From the NCBI GenBank assembly GCA_965223845.1, contig CBDCXR010000004.1:3616001-3680000 (forward strand): DNA of 64,000 bases. Direction: 5' to 3'. The notes beneath the pieces are model-generated. The model had not been told where the DNA came from and did no database searches. It saw only the letters and a program-made list of their open reading frames with translations. The translations under genes and the position numbers were made by a program. Below are positions 10,300 through 19,610 of this stretch, one piece after another (positions within the stretch are counted from its first letter, which is position 1; every line of letters begins with the position of its first letter). Origin of the DNA: Planctomycetota bacterium (lineage in GTDB: Bacteria; Planctomycetota; UBA8108; SXIK01).

Positions 10300-11633
10300 C
10301 TCGCGCCTCCCGGATCGCCGGTCCCGAATGCGTTCGCGCGACCCGCGCGCCGGCGCCAACGTCCCCAACCTACGCCGCCCGCGACGACCTCACTCCGGCG
10401 GAGGCGCGCCGCGGCGAGCGCGAGCACGATTCCGACGTAAAAAAGAGAAGTTCCGAAGGTGATCGCGACGACCGCCGCCGAAGGCTCGCCGTCGATCGCT
10501 TCGCGAAAAAGGAGCGCGATGTTCACGAGAGGAACGCACGCGAGGGCCGGAGTCGCGCTGATCTCGGGCGCGGTTAGAAAGAGCGCCGGCACGGCGGCGA
10601 GCACGTAGACGGGCATCACGTACGATTGTCCCTCTTTGAACGTCTGTGCCTGAAAAGCAAGGAACATCATCAGCGCGCTGAAGGTCACGCTGAGAAGAAC
10701 CGCCGCGAGGAGGACGACGAGGAGAACTCCCACACTCATCGAGACCGCGGAGAGCTTGAGGAGAGAAGCTTGGTGGACGAGAGTGAACGAGAGGCTCGCC
10801 GCGTTGAGGATAAACGCGACAAACGAGAGGAGAACGACGGCGAGGAACTTGCCCGCGACGATCGATCCGCGCGCGACCGGTGATAGGAGAGTCGTCTCGA
10901 GGCTGCCGCGCTCGCGCTCGCCGACGGTGACGTCGAGCGCAGGGTAGAGTGCACCGAGAGCCGTCATGACGAGCATGAGAAGCGGCAGAATGCGCGAGAT
11001 GAGGTGCTGCGACCGATCCGCCGTCGTCGAACGATCCTGTCCCGACACATCGACCGAGTCGACGAGACGAGTCGGCGCACCGACCTTCGCGGCGAGCGCT
11101 CGGAGCTCCTCCGTCTTCCACTCTTCGACCACTTCCGAGAGACGATCCTTTGCGCGCACGCTCCGATCCCGAACGCTGGCGAAGAGAACGGTGAGGGCGA
11201 TGTCGCCGATCGCGGCGGGCGCGGGCGTCGCGAGCACCCAGGCGTCGGCGCGGTCACGCGCGATCTCCGCGCGGGCTTCGGTCTCCGACGTCGCGGCGGC
11301 CGCGTCGGCGGCAGAGTCCGTTTCGAGAAGCGTGACCCTTTCATTCGCGCCGAGCCGCTCACGCAGCCGATCCACGGCCGGGATGCCGTCTCCCACGAGG
11401 CGAACGCGCGAGATTTCGTTCTCTTCCACTCCGCGCAAGTACGCGACGGACTGGATGGCGACCCAGACGAGAAACGGATAGAGAAAGACGGGGACGAATA
11501 CGGAGTAGATCAGCGTGTGCTGATCGCGAACGAGGCACCGACATTCCTTCGTGAACGTCACGATCGCTACGCGCATCCACGCGGTCAACGCCGTGCGGTT
11601 CGGTTGAGGTTGAACGCGAGCTGAATCGGACAC
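10296..11633 (-). CDS. NatB-like ABC-2 permease
   Basis: FTKECRCLVRD, GERERGSLETTL, AQTFKEGQ, multiple TM helices. Confidence 0.88.
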   Translation of the reverse strand: MSDSARVQPQPNRTALTAWMRVAIVTFTKECRCLVRDQHTLIYSVFVPVFLYPFLVWVAIQSVAYLRGVEENEISRVRLVGDGIPAVDRLRERLGANERVTLLETDSAADAAAATSETEARAEIARDRADAWVLATPAPAAIGDIALTVLFASVRDRSVRAKDRLSEVVEEWKTEELRALAAKVGAPTRLVDSVDVSGQDRSTTADRSQHLISRILPLLMLVMTALGALYPALDVTVGERERGSLETTLLSPVARGSIVAGKFLAVVLLSFVAFILNAASLSFTLVHQASLLKLSAVSMSVGVLLVVLLAAVLLSVTFSALMMFLAFQAQTFKEGQSYVMPVYVLAAVPALFLTAPEISATPALACVPLVNIALLFREAIDGEPSAAVVAITFGTSLFYVGIVLALAAARLRRSEVVAGGVGWGRWRRRAGRANAFGTGDPGGAR

Positions 11634-11684
11634 CCGGAGAAGCCCTTTGTCGTTCGTGGTTCGCTCAGCCGACCTTCGTGTAGA

Positions 11685-12671
11685 TCACGAATCGAGATCG
11701 CGGTCGTGGAGGAGCCCCTCCTCACGAAGCCGAGCGAAGTGCTCGACGGTGCGGCGGATCCCGTCCTCGAGAGGAGTGAGAGCGATCTCGCCGAGGAGAC
11801 TCCTGAGGCCGCTGTCGTCGAGATCGAAGGCGAGCGGCAGCGGCGGACCTTCGACCCGGATGCGGCTGCGCGCGCCAGGCACGATCTCGTCCAGCGCGTC
11901 GATGAAACTCTCGACCTCCGTGACGGCTCCGCGGAGATTGAACGCGAACGCTCCGTCCTCGAGTGCATCGACGCATTCGACGAAGCGCGCCGCGACGTCC
12001 TCGACGAAGTCGAAGGAAGTCGGGCCCGAAAACGGAATCGTGTACTCCCGCTCGAGCATCGCCGCCTTGATCGCCTTCGTCGGTCCGCTCGTCGCCCCGA
12101 TCTCTCGCCCGACGCCGTAGACCGTGTACGGTCGAAGTCCGACGCTCGGGATCCCGTGGTCGTGCCAGTACACTCGGGCGCAGCCTTCCCCCGCGGCCTT
12201 GAACACGCCGTAGTGCGTGCGCGGCCGGTGGCAGGCCTCGTCCGGAACGCGGCCTTCGTAGTCCTCGATCGGCCCGACGACCGCGGCGCTCGACGCGTAG
12301 ACGATCGGCAAGCCGCCCGCCGTGCGGGCAGCCTCGAACACCTCGAGGGTCCCGCGCAGGTTGACGCGCGAACCGAGAATCGGGTCGCGCCGACAGGTCG
12401 GCACCTGCACGCCGGCGAGATGGATGACGGCGGACGGCGCGAAGTCACGAACGGCGTCGTTCACCGACGAGCCGTCGGAAACGTCACCGAAGTAGCGGCC
12501 GAGTCGCTCGATCTCGTCGCGCGCGAGGATTTGACCCAGGAAATGGTTACTCGGCTCGAGATCGAGAAGCGCGACCGCATCCCCGCGCGCCAGGAGACGT
12601 CGAGCGATCCACGCGCCGATGAACCCCTGGCCGCCAGTGACGAGGATTCGCTGGCTCGAGCCGCCGGTCAC
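11685..12671 (-). CDS. NAD-dependent epimerase/dehydratase (extended SDR)
   Basis: ILVTGGQGFIG, HLAG, YASSAAV, YGVFK. GTG start overlaps the fabF stop (GTGA). Confidence 0.88.
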   Translation of the reverse strand: MTGGSSQRILVTGGQGFIGAWIARRLLARGDAVALLDLEPSNHFLGQILARDEIERLGRYFGDVSDGSSVNDAVRDFAPSAVIHLAGVQVPTCRRDPILGSRVNLRGTLEVFEAARTAGGLPIVYASSAAVVGPIEDYEGRVPDEACHRPRTHYGVFKAAGEGCARVYWHDHGIPSVGLRPYTVYGVGREIGATSGPTKAIKAAMLEREYTIPFSGPTSFDFVEDVAARFVECVDALEDGAFAFNLRGAVTEVESFIDALDEIVPGARSRIRVEGPPLPLAFDLDDSGLRSLLGEIALTPLEDGIRRTVEHFARLREEGLLHDRDLDS

Positions 12672-13906
12672 GGAGCTGCTCGAAACACCAGGCACGAGTT
12701 GTGGCCGCCGAAGCCGAAGCTGTTCGAGATCGCGACCTGCACCGGTCGCTCGATCGCTTCATTCGGAACGTAGTAGAGATCGCACTCGGGATCCGGTTCC
12801 TCGTAGTTGATCGTCGGCGGAATGCGTCCAGTGCGAATCGACTGGATGGCGACGATCGCCTCGACCGCGCCCGCGGCACCGATCATGTGCCCCAGCATCG
12901 ACTTGGTCGAGCTGACCGGAACGCGAAACGCGCATTCCCCGAGCGCACTCTTCAGCACTTTCGTCTCGACGGGATCGTTCTGCTGCGTGGACGTTCCGTG
13001 CGCGTTCACATAGTCGATGTCCGCCGGCTCGACTTCCGCCATATTCATCGCGAGTCGTACGGCCCGAGCGGCCTGCTCACCGCTCGGATCCGGCGCCGTC
13101 TTGTGGAAGGCGTCGGTCGTCTGGCCAAACCCGCTGAGAATCCCGAGAATCGGCGCGTCTCGCCGGCGGGCGTGAGCCATCGACTCGAGGACGAGTGCCC
13201 CGGCGCCCTGCCCCATGACGAATCCACTCCGCCGGCGATCGAACGGACGCGACACGCGCGTCGGATCGCCGTTCGAGCGCGCGAGCGCACCGAGGTTGGT
13301 GAACGTGGCCACTCCGAGCTCCGACACCGCGTCCTCGGTTCCGCCGGCGACCATGACATCCGTCTCGCCGAGAAGGATCGAGCGCGCGGCGAAGATCAAT
13401 GCGTCGCTCCCGGACGAGCACGCCGTCGAGACCGAGGTCGAGGGTCCCTTGAACCCGTAGAGGCGACTCACCTCGCTCGGGGAGACGTCGGGGGTGCCGC
13501 TCGGAACGAGAAGCGGAGACACGCGACGCGGTCCGCGACTCTTGAGCACACAGGTCTCCTCCTCGATCGGGCGGAGCGCTCCGATGCCCGTTCCGAACAC
13601 CGTTCCCACTCGCTCCGGGTCGACATCGCTTCGATCGAGTCCCGCCGACTCGACCGCCTGCTTCGCCGACGCCATCGCGAAGAGAACATACGACGCGAGG
13701 CGTCGCGCCTCCTTCGCGGTGATCCCGACCTCGCGCTCGGGGTCGAACCCCTTCACCTCTCCGGCGATGTCTACCGGGAAACCGTCGGTCGAGAACCCCC
13801 GGATGTGCTCGATGCCCGACCGCCCGGCCAGCAGGGCGTCCCAGACGTCGGAAACTTCATTACCGCAGGGGGTTATGCAACCAACCCCCGTGACTGCGAT
13901 GTCCAT
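12668..13906 (-). CDS. fabF: Beta-ketoacyl-ACP synthase II
   Basis: TACSSG, NAHGTST, SSTKSMLGHMIGAAG, SNSFGFGGHN (Cys-His-His triad). Confidence 0.92.
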   Translation of the reverse strand: MDIAVTGVGCITPCGNEVSDVWDALLAGRSGIEHIRGFSTDGFPVDIAGEVKGFDPEREVGITAKEARRLASYVLFAMASAKQAVESAGLDRSDVDPERVGTVFGTGIGALRPIEEETCVLKSRGPRRVSPLLVPSGTPDVSPSEVSRLYGFKGPSTSVSTACSSGSDALIFAARSILLGETDVMVAGGTEDAVSELGVATFTNLGALARSNGDPTRVSRPFDRRRSGFVMGQGAGALVLESMAHARRRDAPILGILSGFGQTTDAFHKTAPDPSGEQAARAVRLAMNMAEVEPADIDYVNAHGTSTQQNDPVETKVLKSALGECAFRVPVSSTKSMLGHMIGAAGAVEAIVAIQSIRTGRIPPTINYEEPDPECDLYYVPNEAIERPVQVAISNSFGFGGHNSCLVFRAAP

Positions 13907-14220
13907 TCAGGCGATGCTCTCCGGGGCGCATTGGACCCACTCGGGCCGGCGTCGATTCACCCCGCCGCGCCGGCGACTCCGCCGGACGCGGGAGGCCCCG
14001 CAAGTCGGCGCACCAAGACTACTGATGAATCCGCCCCGCGCAAGCGGGAATCGCCCGGCGGAAGCGCGTCGAAGCTTGTCGGGCGGAGACGGGGGAACGT
14101 AAGATTTAGGTCTGGGTCGAGATACCTCTCGTCGTTCTGCCCGTATCGCTGGCTCGCGCCGGAGAGGGCCGCGGTCATTCGTGCGGGTCTGTGCTCAAAC
14201 GCGCATCGGAGGGTGATTCT

Positions 14221-15204
14221 ATGCCGCGGAGATACCGATTCGGAGCTACGGCAGCTCTCTTGCTGATTTCGCTGAGCGTCCCCGCGTGGGCTCAGCCCAT
14301 CTACGAGTACGACGGGAGCAGCGACGCCGCAGGCGGCGGAGCGTTCGACGCGCTCGACGGGACTTTCAGTCACGACAACGGATCGGACGAGTGGGACGGC
14401 GAGGGGTTCGGCGCCGGCAACCCCGGCGGCGTCGAGAGCATCGACGGCTTCCTCCGGATCCAAGATCCCGGTGATCCCCGCGATCACGGCAACGCCGATC
14501 CGGGCAGCAATCGGAAGGTCTACCTCGGTCACGATCTCTCGGCAGACGGCGCGTCGGACACGATGCTCGACGACGGCGTCGTGCTGCGCTTCCGAGCGCG
14601 CCTTTCGCCCGAGGCGGATGATCTCCGTCCCGATGGAGGCGGCGGCGTCGTCGCGTTTCCGGGCGCCGACGGTTATATGGTGCACGACGGGGGGAAGGGG
14701 AACATCAGCCTCAAGCAGGCCGCGGGTGGCGTGATCTCCTTCTGCCTCATCACCGACGGCGATGCGGGGCTCGGCGACGGCCTCATCATGAACAATCTGA
14801 ATGGGAGCGCCGTATCGGGCGATGTCGATCAGCAGGGCGGTGACCCGGGCGAGATCAACCTCGTCGCACTCAACCCCTCCGAGTGGCACGACTTCGTCGT
14901 CGTGATCCGGGCGGGCGGCACCGGTACGCACCAGGCGTCGATCTCGGTCGATGGCGCACCGGCGGGAACGTTCGACGTCACGGCCGGAACCGGATCCGAC
15001 TTCGACGGAATCAGCTACCTCGCGATCGGCGCGGGAGCGACACCGCAGTCCGGCGCGATCGACATCGACCACGTGAGCGTATCGGCGATTCCGGCCGCGC
15101 AAGTGCCGCTCCTCTCGAACTGGGGAACGCTCCTTCTCGTGGCCGCTCTCACGGCCGCCGGAGCCGCTGCACTCCGGGCGCGCCGCGCCTCGACCGAAGG
15201 CTGA
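14221..15204 (+). CDS. Secreted acidic beta-rich protein with IPTL-CTERM-like sorting tail
   Basis: SD GGAGGG before ATG 14221, signal peptide ending PAWA, C-terminus VPLLSNWGTLLLVAALTAAGAAALRARR. Confidence 0.8.
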   Translation: MPRRYRFGATAALLLISLSVPAWAQPIYEYDGSSDAAGGGAFDALDGTFSHDNGSDEWDGEGFGAGNPGGVESIDGFLRIQDPGDPRDHGNADPGSNRKVYLGHDLSADGASDTMLDDGVVLRFRARLSPEADDLRPDGGGGVVAFPGADGYMVHDGGKGNISLKQAAGGVISFCLITDGDAGLGDGLIMNNLNGSAVSGDVDQQGGDPGEINLVALNPSEWHDFVVVIRAGGTGTHQASISVDGAPAGTFDVTAGTGSDFDGISYLAIGAGATPQSGAIDIDHVSVSAIPAAQVPLLSNWGTLLLVAALTAAGAAALRARRASTEG

Positions 15205-15300
15205 GCGAGAGTTCCAGTCGCTCGAAACGAGGATCGGCGGCCGCGCTCGACGCGCGATCGTCGATCTTCGTTCCGGCAGCGATCGCCGTCACACGACGCC

Positions 15301-15336
15301 AAAACAAAAACCGCCGGCGCTGAGCGCCGGCGGTTT
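15301..15336. terminator. Rho-independent terminator after tRNA-Glu (possibly bidirectional)
   Basis: AAACCGCCGGCGC-TGA-GCGCCGGCGGTTT perfect stem. The preceding A-tract gives a U-tract on the minus strand. Confidence 0.85.
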
Positions 15337-15339
15337 CGA

Positions 15340-15417
15340 TGGTGACCCCAAGGGGATTTGAACCCCTGTTACAAGGATGAGAACCTTGTGTCCTGGGCCA
15401 GGCTAGACGATGGGGCC
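15340..15417 (-). tRNA. tRNA-Glu(CTC)
   Basis: GGCCCCA acceptor / TGGGGTC-A-CCA; anticodon arm CAAGG-TTCTCAT-CCTTG; T arm GGTTCAAATCC. Confidence 0.96.
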
Positions 15418-15470
15418 CCAGGCCTCGTCCCGACGCGCGAGTCGCTGACGCGCGCCTCGAGGGAGAGCCG

Positions 15471-15498
15471 ATGATAGGCCTCGCGTCCCGCGGGTCAA
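15471..15498 (-). promoter_or_regulatory. Sigma70-like promoter of tRNA-Glu
   Basis: TTGACC-N16-TATCAT on the minus strand about 55 nt upstream of the tRNA. Confidence 0.55.
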
Positions 15499-15582
15499 CA
15501 GTCCGCCCGAAAAGCTCTCGCCGAGCTTAGGTCGGATCGGGAAGGTTGCTCTCGAGACGTCCTGGGCTCCGGGCGGTCCGGC

Positions 15583-18500
15583 TCAGATCGACCGGAGATA
15601 GGCGACGATGTCGCTCACCTCCGCGGGCGTCATCGAATCGAGGAGCCCGGTCGGCATCAGGGACGTCGAAAGCCTCTCGCGCGTTTCGATCTCGTCCGCC
15701 GACAGCCGGAGGAACCGACCGTCGCGGGTGAGAAAGAGAAGCGCCGCCGCCGAGTCGTAGATGTCTCGTCCTTCGACGACCTCACCGGTCGTGAGCGTCA
15801 GTCGCTCACTGCGGTACCGATCGGCGACCTGGCGATTCGGCAGTCCGATCGCGACGACGAGATCCTCCCGCGTGAACCTCTTCCCGATTCCCTTGAGGTC
15901 CGGGCCGAGCCGGACTCCTCGCCCGCCGACGTGGTGGCAACTCTGACAGGACTTCGCGACGAAAACGGCCATCCCGCGCGCGGCGTCGCCGTTCGCCCAC
16001 GGCGCCGAGCGCATCACCTCTCGCACTCGCTCCTCCGCCGAGCGAAATTCGCGGAGCGCGCGCGCGATGTCCCGTTCCCGCGCCGGAAGTCGATCGATCA
16101 GGCGTTGCGTCCAGTCCTCCACGTTCCCGGACTCGGGCGAACTCCCGCCGACGATCTGCCCGAGTCGCTGCTCGATCTTGAGGAGGAGCGGCTTTTGTGT
16201 GGCGTCGGCGGCGAGGCTCACGATCCAACCGAAGAGGACGAGAGCCTCTTCTTCGTCCCCGGGAGCGGTTCCCCCGAGCCGAATCAATCCCGAGACCGCG
16301 GGATCGGCGAGAAGTCGATCGCTCGATTCGAGCGCGTCTCGAAACACACCGCGATCTTCGCTCGTGGGATCGCGCGCGAGTCCGCGAAGCGCCACGGCCC
16401 GCACCGCCGGGTCGTCGACGACTTCAAGAAGCAAAGTGCGCGACACCGACGGATGCGCGCTGAGAAACGAGACGATCTGCCCCCGCGAGGCCGGGTCATC
16501 GGGAAGCGGTCGCGCAAGAAAGCGCTTCGCCGCGCGAGCCTGAGTCGAATCACTCAGGCTCGCTGCGATCGCAGCGTGGTCCGCGACGCCGAAGCGCGGG
16601 TCGTCGACGACGAGCTCCTCGATCTCCGGTCGGCCCGCGAAGAGCGAAGACGCGACGGCCGCGACGTAGCGATGCCAACGCTGGTCGCGGGCGACCCTCG
16701 ACGCGGCGACCTTCTCGGCGAGACCGACGAGGGCGGCGGCGGCGCGAGGAGCGACCGCCGCCGCACCCGGGAGGCGCGCGAGGTACGACAGCGTGAGGAG
16801 GTCTTCTCCCGGCGACGACTCGGCGTCGATTCGATCGAGCAAGGTGTGAGCGGCAGCCTCTCCGGAGATTTGGAGGAGGCCGAGAAGACGAACGGCCTGC
16901 GCGCTCGGCGCCGGCCGGCGCTTGCCCCCCGTGATCATGGGCGCGATCGATTCGATCTCCGCCGCAAAGGGAGCGAGGTTGACGCGGTCCCAACTCTCGT
17001 AGAACGTCGCGCTCGGATTCGGTCCGGCTTGCAGTCGCTCGAAGCAGAGCTCGACGAGCCGGAGCGCGTCGCGCGCGGCCTCCCGAGACAAGGAGGCGTC
17101 GAGCGCGCGCCGAGCGAAAGCGTAGGCGCCTCGGGGGAAGCGTCCCCACGGGCTCCGCCAGAGCTCAGCGAGTCCCGATGCGATAAGCTCCCGGTCGCGT
17201 CTCGCGTCCGGTCGGTCGGCGGACGGTATGTGAGAGAGTGCGACGGTCGCCGCGTAGCGAACTCGCCGTGAACTGTGGTTCGCCAGCGCGAGGATCTCCT
17301 TCGCGTGCCCCACGGGGCGGTGAACGACCGCTTCGAGTCGAAGTCGAAGGACGCGCGCATCGTCCTCGCCCGCCGGAGCGATGCGGGCGAGCGGTCGGCC
17401 GAGGCGACCACTCCACCAGGCGGCTTGCGCGCGGAGAGCGCGAGGCTGAGAATCCGCTGCGCGCTCGATCTTTTCGAGGAGTCGTCTCGCCGCGTCCCGG
17501 TGCCGCGCAGAGAGTAGGTCGAGAGCCCGGAGCCGCTCGGTCTCGGGTCGCCCGCGGTCCTCGATCGCCGCGACGTACACCTCGGGAGAGAGTTCGCGAG
17601 CGAGCGGCACCCACCGCGCGCGCGACCACGCGGACTCGGGCGCCGGTGCACGAAGAACGAGATCGATCGGAGAGCGACTCGACGTGTCGTCCGGCGCCGC
17701 GGTCGGGCTCGCGGCACCGACCTTCGGTTCGGCTCTGCTCGAGCGATACGCGATCCGGTACACCGACCCAACGAGCCCCCGTCCGCCCGACGAAACGACG
17801 AGGCTGCCGTCGGGTGCGATCTCGATGTCGGTCGGTCCGAACGGCGTCGCCGCTGAGCTCGAGGCGAAGGTTTCCCACTTCGATGAGAACGTCCCCTCGC
17901 GCTCCTCGAGCGGAAAAAAGAGCACGCGCCCGAACGTCCAATCGAGCGCGAACAACCCGCCTCGGTAGCGCTCGGGAAATGCGCGATGCGCGTACACCGC
18001 GACGCCCGTCGGCGATCCGCGTCCGACCTCCGCGACGGGAGGGACGGTGTCGACGGACTCGATCGGCAGCTTGCCCGATCCAGATGATCGCCAGCCGCAG
18101 TCGGCGCCGGGAGTGAGATGGTAGAGCCGACAGGGGCGATACCACGGTAGGCCCTCGTCGCGCTCGCCGTCCGAGTCCCAGGCGAAGATCTCGTTGCGGC
18201 GATCGAACGCGAAATCGTAGGCGTTCCGCATCCCCTGCGCGATCACTTCGACATCGCCGCTCTCCGGATTCAGGCGAAGCAGAAGCCCGGCGTAAGGCAG
18301 CATCACCGGCGATGAATCGAGGAGCGTTCGATCGCGCCCGAATCCCGCGTGATTGCCGACGATCCAGTAGAGGAATCCGTCCGGCCCGCGTCGAACGGCG
18401 TGAGAGTGGTGCTCGCCGCCCGTCTTCAGGCGATAGACGCTGCGCGGCGGTCCGTCGGCGCGTCCGTCGCCGTCCCGATCCTCGATGCGCTGGAGCCCTC

Positions 18501-18873
18501 CGCCGCCGACGAAGTAGAGACCGGAGGCATCGGCGAGGAGACCTTGGGCACCCTCCGACACACCGGTGAGGGTCTCGATCGCTCGGTCGGCGCGCCCGTC
18601 GCCGTCGTCGTCGACGAGCGTCCGGATGTATCCCGGCCCCGAAACGACGATCCGTCCCTTCGCGTCGAGAGTCATGCACTGAATGTCGTGCGCGAGCTCG
18701 TTTCCGGCCACGCGATGGATGACGAACCCGGGCGCGGCGAACTCGAACTCGAGCGGTGGCTCGACGGCGGCCGGGACCGGCGACGACTCGAAAGAGAAGA
18801 CGCGCGCAAAGAAAAGGACGCCCACGACCACCCACCCGGCGCGGACCGGGCGACGCCTCCTTGCTCGTAGCAC
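15583..18873 (-). CDS. PVC-type membrane-bound dehydrogenase / heme-binding CxxCH protein
   Basis: N-terminal glucose/sorbosone dehydrogenase-like propeller (GGEHHSH, GMRNAYD, GRGSPTG), helical middle, C-terminal CQSCH...GPDL...SLMP. Confidence 0.88.
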   Translation of the reverse strand: MLRARRRRPVRAGWVVVGVLFFARVFSFESSPVPAAVEPPLEFEFAAPGFVIHRVAGNELAHDIQCMTLDAKGRIVVSGPGYIRTLVDDDGDGRADRAIETLTGVSEGAQGLLADASGLYFVGGGGLQRIEDRDGDGRADGPPRSVYRLKTGGEHHSHAVRRGPDGFLYWIVGNHAGFGRDRTLLDSSPVMLPYAGLLLRLNPESGDVEVIAQGMRNAYDFAFDRRNEIFAWDSDGERDEGLPWYRPCRLYHLTPGADCGWRSSGSGKLPIESVDTVPPVAEVGRGSPTGVAVYAHRAFPERYRGGLFALDWTFGRVLFFPLEEREGTFSSKWETFASSSAATPFGPTDIEIAPDGSLVVSSGGRGLVGSVYRIAYRSSRAEPKVGAASPTAAPDDTSSRSPIDLVLRAPAPESAWSRARWVPLARELSPEVYVAAIEDRGRPETERLRALDLLSARHRDAARRLLEKIERAADSQPRALRAQAAWWSGRLGRPLARIAPAGEDDARVLRLRLEAVVHRPVGHAKEILALANHSSRRVRYAATVALSHIPSADRPDARRDRELIASGLAELWRSPWGRFPRGAYAFARRALDASLSREAARDALRLVELCFERLQAGPNPSATFYESWDRVNLAPFAAEIESIAPMITGGKRRPAPSAQAVRLLGLLQISGEAAAHTLLDRIDAESSPGEDLLTLSYLARLPGAAAVAPRAAAALVGLAEKVAASRVARDQRWHRYVAAVASSLFAGRPEIEELVVDDPRFGVADHAAIAASLSDSTQARAAKRFLARPLPDDPASRGQIVSFLSAHPSVSRTLLLEVVDDPAVRAVALRGLARDPTSEDRGVFRDALESSDRLLADPAVSGLIRLGGTAPGDEEEALVLFGWIVSLAADATQKPLLLKIEQRLGQIVGGSSPESGNVEDWTQRLIDRLPARERDIARALREFRSAEERVREVMRSAPWANGDAARGMAVFVAKSCQSCHHVGGRGVRLGPDLKGIGKRFTREDLVVAIGLPNRQVADRYRSERLTLTTGEVVEGRDIYDSAAALLFLTRDGRFLRLSADEIETRERLSTSLMPTGLLDSMTPAEVSDIVAYLRSI

Positions 18874-19016
18874 GTTCGACTCTCCCCCTCTGGCTCGCCG
18901 AGGCGACGCCCGACGTATCCTCCGGCAGTGCGAGACGGAATCGCGACCGCGCGCAGGTTTCCGCTCGGTATCATGTCGGCCTCGAACATAGTACGGCTCT
19001 GAGGAGCGAGTTCTTC

Positions 19017-19610
19017 ATGCCTTTCCACCGCGTCTGCCTCTACTGCGGATCGAGCACCGGACACGATGAGCGTTACACCGCTGCCGCGAAGGCGCTCGCG
19101 GCGGAGCTCGCGCGCCGCGGCTGGGAGCTCGTGTACGGCGGCGGAAGCATCGGGCTCATGGGAGTCGCCGCCGACGTCGCGCTCGCGCGCGGAGTTCGGG
19201 TGACGGGCGTCATCACCGAAGAGCTCTGGGAGAAAGAGCTCGGGCACGAAGGGCTGAGCGAGAACATCATCGTCGCGAGCATGCACGAGCGGAAGCGGAC
19301 GATGTACGAGCTCTCCGACGGGTTCGTCGTCCTCCCCGGTGGCTACGGCACGCTCGACGAGTTCTTTGAGATGCTCACCTGGCTGCAGCTTCGCATTCAC
19401 GATCACCCGATCGGCGTCCTCAATATCGGCGGCTACTACGATCGCTTGCTCGCGTTTCTCGACCACGCCCACCGGGAAGGCTTCGTGAGCGCGGCAAACC
19501 GCGATCTCGTTCTCCCGCGGAGCGAAGTCGACTCCCTGCTCGACGCGATGGCAGATTGGGTTCGTGAGCGCGCCGACGGCACCAAGCCCGCTTCCGCCGA
19601 GGGCCGATGA
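19017..19610 (+). CDS. LOG family (TIGR00730) nucleotide phosphoribohydrolase
   Basis: VCLYCGSS, LVYGGG, MHERK, PGGYGTLDE. Confidence 0.92.
   Translation: MPFHRVCLYCGSSTGHDERYTAAAKALAAELARRGWELVYGGGSIGLMGVAADVALARGVRVTGVITEELWEKELGHEGLSENIIVASMHERKRTMYELSDGFVVLPGGYGTLDEFFEMLTWLQLRIHDHPIGVLNIGGYYDRLLAFLDHAHREGFVSAANRDLVLPRSEVDSLLDAMADWVRERADGTKPASAEGR

Noticed and set aside
14022-14065. CTGATGA followed by a stem, as possible hammerhead ribozyme
   Set aside because: No GAAA after the stem and no stems I/III found.
15204-15417. tRNA 3' ends (this one and 31655) as integration sites
   Set aside because: No integrase, no duplicated tRNA 3' fragment and no compositional shift seen.
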